A stretch of DNA of 64,000 bases from Centroscyllium fabricii (lineage: Eukaryota): assembly GCA_051313645.2 (NCBI GenBank), contig JBNRSN020000005.1:264988001-265052000 (forward strand). The letters are read 5' to 3'. The stretch's first letter is position 1. The number at the start of each line of letters is the position of its first letter. Below, in pieces: positions 26,080 through 35,112 of the stretch. The notes under the pieces were generated by a model, which saw only the letters and a list, made by a program, of their open reading frames with translations, was not told the DNA's origin and did not search any database. The translations under genes and the position numbers were made by a program.

Positions 26080-28191
26080 GACCATCCGATGTTTCTCGCC
26101 AGTCTTAACCACTACAACCTGGGCCCTCCAGGGGCTGGTGCTGGCTTCAATTATCCCCTCCTTCAGCATACGCCCGACCTCCGACCTGATAAACGTCCGA
26201 TCCCCTGCACTGTACTGCCGACTCTTAGTAGCAATGGGCTTGCAGTTGGGGTCGAGGTTGGCGAACAGTGAGGGGGGGTCGACTTTCAGGGTGGAGACGC
26301 CGCAGGCCGGGCTCCGCTTTGGGAAGAGATTGTCCCGGCTACTGACGGTGAGGGGGGGCAGGGTCCCGCCGAACTCCATTGTCAAGCTCTTAAGGTGGCA
26401 CTGGAAATCCAGTCCCAGTAAGACTGGGGAGCACAACTGTTTGAGAATGTACAATTTAAAATTACGGTACACGCAGCCCTTAACTGTGAGCGTGACGGAG
26501 CAGTAACCGGTGACGTCCGTGGTGTGGGACTGTGAAGCAAGGGAGACTTGGTAGCGCGTGGGCAGGATCTGCAGTCCGTAGCGCTGCGCTGTATCGGGGT
26601 GAATGAAGCTCTCTGTGCTTCCGGTGTCGAACAGGCAGTTAGTGGCGTGGCCGTTGACTTTAATCCCCATCATGGAATTTGATAGGGTGTGCGGCCTAGT
26701 CTGATCGACTTTCGGGATGGCTGAGGTCGAAGTGTGTGTGTGTGGGAGCCCTCCGCTGGTCGGGGCCGTACACAAGATGGCGGCGCCCGTGGTTCGCACA
26801 TGGCCGGCCTCTGGGGACAAAATGGCGCCGCCGGAGAGTCACATGGCTGGCCGCTGAAGACAAGATGGCGGCGCCCGTGGTTCGCACGCAGCGTGCCGCG
26901 CTGGGCGGGATGCCGGCCTTGGGGGGTCGCGCGTGGCTGAGTTTGGCGTGCCGTGGGTGCAGCCGACCTCTGCCGCATCAGGGTGGGAGACGGGGGCGCT
27001 TGTACTCTACCCCCGGACCGTCGCTGGGTCGCGCTGCAGTTGCAGCTTACCTGAGGCCAAGGGCTGGTGTTGGAGCTTTCGCAGGCCGCGCTGTTGTACC
27101 TGGAGCTGGGCGCCGGGGCTTATCTGCAGGCCTTGGCGTAGTGTCCTTCCTTTGAGCACCTTTCGTAGGTCGCGGTCTTCGCTGGGCATCTCGCCCGTGG
27201 GTGTTGTCCCTGGCCGCAGAAGTAGCATTTCTTCTCCGCCGGCGTCTTCGCAGCTGCCGCTGCCATTGTGGGGGTCTCGACCCGTTGTGGGGCTGCCCAC
27301 GCATTGTCGACGGCCTGTGGGTTTGGGCCGCCGTACGCCTGCAGCTTGCGGCGTGCGCCCTCCACAGCGTTGGCGATGGAGATCGCCTCCTCCAGAGTTA
27401 AAGCGTCCTTTTCCAGCAGCCGCTGGCGTGCCTCTGCGGACCTGAGTCCCGTTACATAGGCGTCCCGGACGAGGAGGTTCGCCTCCTCTTCTGCCGTTCG
27501 TGGTTTGCAGCCACAGACCCGGACAAGGGCTTGGAGCGCTTGCTCGAACTGCTCATTTGACTCACTCGGTAGTTGTGGTCTGGTCGCGAGCACGTGTCTG
27601 GCGTAGACTGAGTGGACCGGGCGCTCGCAGCATTTCCTCAGTTTAGCCACCGCATCGGGGTACGTTGTGGCATCACGGATGAAGGAGAATACCTGGCTGG
27701 AGATCCCAGACCGGAGAACATGTAGCTTGTTCTCCTCAGTTGTAGCCTTGGCGGCGTCCATGTAGGCCTCCAGGAGACCGAACCAGTGTTTGAAGGTGTT
27801 GGCGGCGGCTGTGTCCTGTGGACTAATGTCCAGCTTTTCGGGTTTTACAGCGCCGCTCTCCATTTTAGAATTTTGCTAAGCTAATAAAATTGACGTATCG
27901 TCAATAGTCTTAATAAAACCAAAGACGAGTAGTGACCTTAACTAGAGGCTTTTATTAGCTTACAATGGAGCTGCGCTCCGATCGAACATCAGGTACAGAA
28001 TGAATGGGGGCCGGTCAGTCCCCACCTATAAGGCACTCACCTGAGGGGAGGAGTTACAGGTGTGGCTGACCTGACCCCGCGACAGTGTCGCAATACAGGA
28101 CAGTTGCATCATGCACCCGACCGCTATACATACATATAATATTGGTAACAATATTAGGGTGGTAATAATAGTACATATAACGGTTACCACA

Positions 28192-28682
28192 GTGGTTAGC
28201 ACTGTTGCCTTACAGCACTAGAGACCCAGGTTCAAATCCAGCCTCGGGTACTATCTGTGTGGAGTTTGCACATTCTCCCCGTGTCTGCGTGGGTTTCCTC
28301 CGTGTGCTCCGGTTTCCTCCCACAGTCCAAAGATGTGCAGGTTAGGTTGATTGGCCAGGATAAATTGACCCTTGGTGTTAGGGGGATTGAATATGTGGGG
28401 TTACGGGGATAGAAACATAGAAACTAGGAGCAGGAGTAGGCCATTCGGCCCTTCGAGCCTGCTCCGCCATTCAATGAGATCATGGCTGATCATCCAAACC
28501 CAGCACCCCGCCCCTGCCCTGATAGGGTGGGATATGTGTCGGTGTAGGCTCGATAGGGATCGAGGGATATGGGGAGAGCGTAGGCGGGGGGTGCTGGGTT
28601 TGGATGATCAGCCATGATCTCATTGAATGGCGGAGCAGGCTCGAAGGGCTGAATGGCCTACTCCAATCTTTTATGTTTCTAT
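28192..28682 (+). mobile_element. HE1-like V-SINE whose 5' head (20912-20926) is split off by the gypsy insertion
   Basis: GGGCGGCACAGTGGT|TAGCACTG, B-box GGTTCAAATCC, V-domain GTGGAGTTTGCACATTCTCCCCGTGTCTGCGTGGGTTTCCTCC, CR1-type tail. Confidence 0.85.
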
Positions 28683-28749
28683 ACCATCAGATGTCCTCTG
28701 CTGCATCTTTTAATTTGTGACATTTCCAGCCATCCCTGATCAACTCAAG

Positions 28750-29074
28750 ATGGGAGCAGGAGTAGGCCATTCGGCCTTTTGCGCCTGCTCCGCCATTTTG
28801 ACGATATCATGGCTGATCATCCAAACCCAACACCCCCAACTCTAAGAACTATATCTCACACACATACTCATGGGCAATTTGTAATCTCTCCAATTCACCT
28901 AACCTGCATGTCTTTGGGTGGTGGGAAGAAACCGGAGTACCCGGAGGAAACCCACACGAACATGGGGAGAACATGCAAACTCCGTGCAGAGGTGTCCCGG
29001 GCCAAGCAGGATTCGAACCCAGGAGATCCTTATTGTGAGGCAGCAGTGCGAACCACTGCGCCACCATGTTGCCC
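28750..29074 (-). mobile_element. HE1-like V-SINE, second subfamily
   Basis: Reverse-complement tRNA head, V-domain and CR1-type tail; similar copy at 57761-58120. Confidence 0.8.
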
Positions 29075-29414
29075 TGACAGTAACTGATTTTATTTTCACA
29101 TTGTGTACTTGTTTTTTAAAATTGTAAGTCCTGCCCAACAATTGGGGCACGCCAGCTCCGTTTCAGTCCTTCAATTTTGACTGGGCACAACTATCCGTTT
29201 CCTTAGATCACTGAAAAAATGACTTCCTTCTAGTGATCCCCTCTGCCATCAACGTATTTACCTTCTATTTTCATTTGAAGTAAGAAAAGGATTTTCACAC
29301 AAGCGGGTGATAACCCGATCAGCATACGTTATCGCCCATTCATATTCAATTTCCCATTGACGGTACCTCTAAAGTCAGCAACTAACTGCAAATATAAACA
29401 AAGCCGGTCTCCTT

Positions 29415-30690
29415 GACTGACTTGGATAGAGAACTGGTTGGCAGACAGGAAGCAAAGAGTTGGCATAAACTGGTCTTTTTCCCGAGTGGCAGGCAGTGAC
29501 TAGCGGGGTGCAGCCGGGATCGGTCCTTGGACCCCAGCTATTCACAATATATATTAATGATCTGGACGAGGGAACTAGATGTAATATCTCCAAGTTTGCA
29601 GACGACACAAAGCTGGGTGGGCGTGTGTGCTGTGAGGAGGATGCTGAGAAACTCCAGTATGATTTGGACAGGTTGGGTGATTGGGCAGAAGCATGGCAGA
29701 TGCAATATAATGTGGATAAATGCGAGGTTATCCACTTTAGTGTTAAAAACAGGAAGGCAGATTATTATCTGAATGGCAATAGATTGGGAGAAGGGGAAGT
29801 GCAACAAGACCTGGGTGTCCTTGTGCACCAGTCGCTGAAGGCATGCATGCAGGTACAGCAGGCGGTTAAGAAGGCAAATGGTATGTTGGCCTTCGTAGCG
29901 AGAGGGTTTGAGTACAGGAACAAGGATGTCTTGCTGTAGTTGTACAGGGCAGTGGTGAGACCACACCTTGAGTATTGTGTGCAGTTTTGGTTGCTGTATC
30001 TAAGGAAGTATGTTCTTGCCACGGAGGGAGTGCAGCGAAAATTCACCAGGCTGATACCTGGGATGGTAGGAATGACATGTGAGGAGAGATTGGATTGATT
30101 GGGCTTCTACTCACTGGAGTTTAGAAGAATGAGAGGGGATCTCATTGAAACTTACAAAATTCTAACAGGACTAGACAGACCAGATGCAGGAAGGATGTTC
30201 CCGATGGCCGGGGAGTCCAGAACCAGGGGTCACTGTCTTAGGATAAGAGATAACGATGAGTGTAATGCACTGTCATGATAGGCTGGTGGATATGCTTTAC
30301 TGCTGCAGTAAAGACACCAGCCTCTGAGTATAAAAGGAAGCCATCTTGACCACATGGCCAGAGTGCACTGAGCAAGCAAGGAATTCAGATCTAATTAAAA
30401 GTACTAGAGAGAATCTCATCTCGTGTGGCTCTCAGTAATTTTAATGTTAAGATAGTAACATTGCAATGAGGAGGATTTTTTTCACCCCAGAGTGATGAAC
30501 CTGTGGAATTCTCAACCACAGAAGGCAGTGGAGGCCAGTTCATTAAATGTATTCAGGAAGGAGTTAGATATATTTCTTAAGGCTAAAGGGATCAAGGGAT
30601 ATGGAGAGAAGGCAGGGACAGGGTACTGAATTTGGATGATCAGCCATGAACGCAAGGGGCCGAATGACCTGCTCCTGCTCCTATCTTTCT
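29415..30690 (+). mobile_element. 5'-truncated CR1 LINE (pseudogenised RT)
   Basis: GSVLGPQLFTIYINDL...ISKFADDTKLGG; in-frame stops; 3' tail shared with HE1-like SINEs. Confidence 0.9.
30261..30465 (+). mobile_element. Solo LTR within the CR1
   Basis: TGTAATG...CATTGCA, TATAAAA, ATTAAA, 5-bp TSD ATGAG. Confidence 0.8.
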
Positions 30691-31085
30691 CTCTGTCTCA
30701 GCATCAGTGGGAATGTTGCCTCAAAGCAGTTTGCTGTTGGGTGAAGGTGGCCAAAAGATAGTTGCTAGTAGGTTGAATGTTTTGAAGTGGTCTCTCTTGG
30801 CTCTGCATAGGGCAGTAAAGGAGATTTGCAGTCACTGATGTGTGCTGACCCACTCACACTCACTCATGCAGAGTTCTCTTAAAATTGATCCTGCCTGTAA
30901 TTTAAAGGGAGCAGTTACCGTTGCAGTAAAACTGGGGGTCGTTGTTGAAGCATTGATTCAGGAGGCAGTTCACCAACATAAACACAACATTTTAAAGCTG
31001 GCACTTTTTCTGCAAATCTGCCTACAGTGATTGACTAAAAGTAAAAGTCAATTTTTTTTCTTAATCTTTTTATTCTTTCTTCCAG

Positions 31086-31192
31086 GAAGATAGCTTAAAG
31101 ATGCTGAAGAGTGCTATTCAGGCCAAACTTGATGAACAACGCCTGGCTGAGATCTGGTTGAGAGTTATTGAACAAGTCATAGAAGATTGCAG
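31086..31192 (+). CDS. MYOF: Ferlin exon (FerA) EDSLKMLKSAIQAKLDEQRLAEIWLRVIEQVIEDC
   Basis: ttccag|...AG|gtaaaa; 107 nt, phase 0 to 2. Confidence 0.88.
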
Positions 31193-31795
31193 GTAAAAAA
31201 AACAATCATACCCAGCATTGTAAAACTATTTCCTATATGAGATACTTTGAGAGCTGTGCAGTCTCCTGATGGGCTATTGATACAACTGGATTGTATGAAT
31301 GGACAGATCCTTGTAATATCTTGTATATTTATGAGGTAAACTTTGCCATCATTGCTGCTCCAGCACTATTGGATGTGGTAGTGCAGTGGCTATGGTACTA
31401 GACTGGCAACCCAAAGATTGTGCTCTGCTCCAACCATGGTAAATTGTGAAACTGACAAGTTATGGACTGGCACCAGAGAAATTGACTGTGAAAGCTGCTA
31501 GATTGTTTTTTTCCCCACATATAAACAAACCCTAACTGGTCCACTAATGGCCGAGGCCAATGCTACATGGTTAACTCGTGATGACCTCCTGAAACCATTC
31601 AGTTGCCGGAACAATTGCTATGAAGTAAGATGGGGGTGGGAATGTGACTATATTAATACAGCCTTGCTGGTGTTTCCCAACCTGAGAATTTAAAAAACTG
31701 TGTAGATGGGACACAGCCAGTTAAAAGTTTCTCCAAAGCTGCTATAAATGTTATCCTCCAACAGGAGACATTCCAGCAAGTATCCCGAGATGAAA

Positions 31796-32169
31796 TAGAA
31801 ACATAGAAACTAGGAGCAGGAGTAGGCGATTCGGCCCTTCGAGCCTGCTCCGCCATTCAATGAGATCATGGCTGATCATCCAAACCCAGCACCCCGCCCC
31901 TGCTCTCACCCTATATCAACACATATCCCACCCTATCCCCGTAACCCCACATATTCAATCCCCCTAACACTAAGGGTCAATTTATCATGGACAATCAACC
32001 TAACCCGCACATCTTTGGACTGTGGGAGGAAACCGGAGCACCCGGAGGAAACCCACGCAGACACGGGGAGAATGTGCAAACTCCACACAGATAGTACCCG
32101 AGGCTGGATTTGAACCCGGGTCTCCAGTGCTGAGACAACAGTGCTAACCACTGAGCCACCGTGCCACCC
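31796..32169 (-). mobile_element. HE1-like V-SINE
   Basis: Near-complete reverse-complement copy of the 28192 family. Confidence 0.85.
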
Positions 32170-32647
32170 ATCTTGTGGCTGGTTGAACAACAGTGAAACT
32201 TCTGTAACATTTTCATTCCCCCCCCCAAATCTATGCCATGTTAATATTTACAGCACCAGTAGATTAAGTGTTCTGGTTCAGCCAGTGTGCATTAATAAAT
32301 TAGATTGCAGTCGTTGAAATGATCTGTTGGGATAAGCAGTTGAAAATATCAGTGCAGACGACATCTCAAAATTGACTCTTGTACTTGTTGGGAGTACAGA
32401 AAGACTTGGAGCAATTCTATTCTGCAGTACCAAAAATCAAAGTAAGATTCCAGAGCCCATTGTTGTGCTTCAAACACCTTGGTTGATATTGTTCATGGGA
32501 GCGCTATATAGTTCATTAACTCTCAAATAGATTTCTTTGGTTCAACTGCTAATGAAAGATCTGATGTGGAGGTGCCGGTGTTGGACTGGGGTGGACAATT
32601 GTAAGAAGTCACAACACCAGGTTATAGTCCAACAGTTTTATTTGAAA

Positions 32648-32684
32648 TCACAAGCTTTCGGAGCACAGCTCCTTCCTCAGGTGA
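32648..32684 (-). ncRNA. Minimal type-I hammerhead ribozyme motif
   Basis: UCAC-CUGAGGA-A-GGAGC-UGU-GCUCC-GAAA-GCUU-GUGA: stem I, core, stem II and palindromic stem III. Confidence 0.65.
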
Positions 32685-34786
32685 AGTGATATATTGTTGT
32701 GCCGCAGGCCTTTAGAAACTACACGGAGCCAGAGCTAAGAGAAAACACGTCTTTACTGAACAGAGTTAAACAAGAAAGAGGCAGAACTACTGAGTACAAG
32801 CATATTCAAACCGTCCCGCCGTTGGTGACGTCATCACGTCCGCCGACGTAGTCGCATCACCCGGATGAGCGGGCTGTGCTCCGCGGAGCCCCGTTGGCGG
32901 ATTCGATATCCCAGCGGGTGTGCCGCCACACAGCTCCCCCCAGAATCCGTCCGGGAGTAATAGTGCAAAATGTTTGTGTGCCGTTGGGGCGGTCGGATGA
33001 TGCGGCCGGACTGTGTTGCTAGCTGCTTCTGGTTCTGCGTTGGAGTGTGGGCGGGTTTTGGTGCGGGAGGGCGACCGCGTTGCGGTGGTTGTGCGGGGAC
33101 CGTGGTCTCGCCCGCTCTCTCGTGCCGGCTTGAGCCGGTCTATTGTTACCGTTTCAGTCCTTTTGCCCATTTGTAATTCAAAAGTCTTATCTCCCGCCCG
33201 AAGCACTCTATATGGGCCATCGTAAGGTGGCTGTAAAGTGGCTCTGTGCCCGTCTCGCCGGATGAACACCCATTTGGCATTTTTGATGTCTTCTGGCACC
33301 CAAGCTGCCGGCTCTCCATGCCTGGTAGTGGTTGAAAGGCTCGTGCAGGGTTTGCCCAGTCCTTTAAATACTGGTCTGCTGACCAGGGGGCGTTGGCCTC
33401 AGCCAGAAATTCGCCCGGTACCGTTAAAGCCTGGCCGTAGACGAGCTCTGCTACTGAGGCGTTGAGGTCCTCTTTGACTGCCGAGCGCAGCCCGAGGAGG
33501 ACCCATGGAAGGCGGTCGGTCCATGAAGCGTCTTTCAGCGTGGCCCAAAGTGATGCCTTCATTGAGCGGTGGAACCGTTCGCATAGGCCGTTCGCCTGTG
33601 GATGGTATGCGGTGGTCCTGTGTAGTGTCACCCCAAGGTCGCGGGCGATGGCCGCCCATAGTGTCGACGTAAACTGGGGTCCTCTGTCGGAGGTGATGTC
33701 TGTGGGCACGCCGAATCGGGCGACCCATGTGGCGATGAACGCCCTGGCCAGGTCCGTGGTGTTGGTGGCAGTGAGGGGAACTGCTTCAGGCCAGCGAGTG
33801 TTGCGGTCGACCATGGTCAGTAGGTGCGTGTGGCCGCGAGATGCTGGTAGTGGCCCGACGAGGTCAATATGGACGTGGTCAAAGCGTCTGGCCGGTACCT
33901 TAAAATTTTCCAGCGGTGCCCTGATGTGCTTGTGCACTTTGGAGCGCTGGCAGGCTCTGCAGGAGGTGGCCCAGGCGCGGACGTCTTTGCGCAGGCCGCG
34001 CCATACAAACCGGGCCGATATGAGTTTAGTGGACGCGCGGGCGCCGGGGTGGGACAGGTCGTGGAGGGTCGTAAAGATTCGTTCCCTCCAAGCGAGGGGT
34101 ACGACGGGCCTGGGTTGCGATAACGAAACGTCGCAGCAAACGACGGTGGCAGCGGGGCCGTGCGCGACATTGGCCAAGCGTAGGCCAGGAAGTTTAGTGG
34201 CCGCGTTGAGTAGGTCGGGGTCGGCCAGCTGGTCCGCGGCCAGTTGGGCGTAATCAACTGCCATTTGGGCGGCGTTGATGGTGGGGCGTGAAAGGCAGTC
34301 AGCGACCACGTTGTCGCGGCCGGAAATGTGTTGAATGTCGGTTGTAAATTCCGACACGGCCGTGATTTGGCGCTGCTGCCTGGCCGACCAGGGTTCAGCG
34401 GCCTTAGCCATCGCAAACGTGAGTGGCTTGTGGTCGGTGAAGGCTGTAAAGTGTCGGCCCTCCAGGAGGAAACGAAAATGTCGCACCGCCAGATGGAGAG
34501 CCAGTAGCTCCCTATCAAAGGCGCTGTATTTTACCTCTGGGGGCCGGAGTTGCCGGCTGAAAAAGGCCAGGGGTTGCCACGCGTTGCCGGTCCACTGCTC
34601 AAAAACGGCCCCGACCGCGTAGTCGGAGGCGTCGGTGGTAAGGGCTACTCTGGCGTTGGGCCTAGGGTGGGCTAGGAGGGTGGCGTTTGCCAGGGCGGTT
34701 TTAGTTGCGGTGAAGGCGGTGGCGGCGTCGGCCGTCCACGCGACCGCAGCCTTGTTGGACTGCCCGCGGGTGGCCTGGTATAAGGG

Positions 34787-35112
34787 CCCTGTGACTGCAC
34801 CCTTTTGATGTGTCTTTTTTGCTTTAAAAAAGGAAAGAAAAAATCTCACTGTTTTGCAATTGTGCCCCATTGTTCGCAGACTGAGGTGTTAAGGTATGCT
34901 AATATGCTTGTGTGCTCTAGGGTTGGATGTATGGGATCAAATTTCTCCCCTCCCCCATGTGTGTGATCTTTGACTTCAGTTTCTCTTTGCCTGACGAAGG
35001 GGCAGACGCTCCGAAAGCTTGTGATTTAAAATAAAACGTTGAACTTTAAACCTGGTGTTGTGTGACTTTTTGCATTTGTCCACCCCAGTCCAACACCGGC
35101 ACCTCCGCATTA
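34787..35112 (+). mobile_element. Penelope-type pLTR fragment inserted in gypsy pol
   Basis: 11-bp TSD TGGTATAAGGG (34776-34786, 35113-35123); contains a hammerhead-like core. Confidence 0.8.
34991..35024 (+). ncRNA. Minimal hammerhead ribozyme motif (stem I degenerate)
   Basis: CUGACGA-A-GGGGC-AGAC-GCUCC-GAAA-GCUU-GUGA. Confidence 0.55.

Larger units (their letters stand above)
20927..28191 (-). mobile_element. Full-length degenerate Ty3/gypsy LTR retrotransposon with nested insertions
   Basis: 301-bp LTRs 20927-21227 and 27891-28191 (~6 differences by eye), TSD GTGGT, PPT AAGAAGGGGTGAA; gag with zinc knuckles (27120-27863), protease LFDTGS, RT YLDN plus RNase H (22603-23814), integrase SDRG...NGQVER (21247-22600). 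Confidence 0.95.

Noticed and set aside
26670-27122. Programmed readthrough or frameshift between gag and pol
   Set aside because: The single TAA and the shift at a (CA)n run are equally explained by post-insertion decay; the element has other disabling mutations.
28192-28245. tRNA gene
   Set aside because: A/B boxes belong to tRNA-derived SINE heads; no full cloverleaf.
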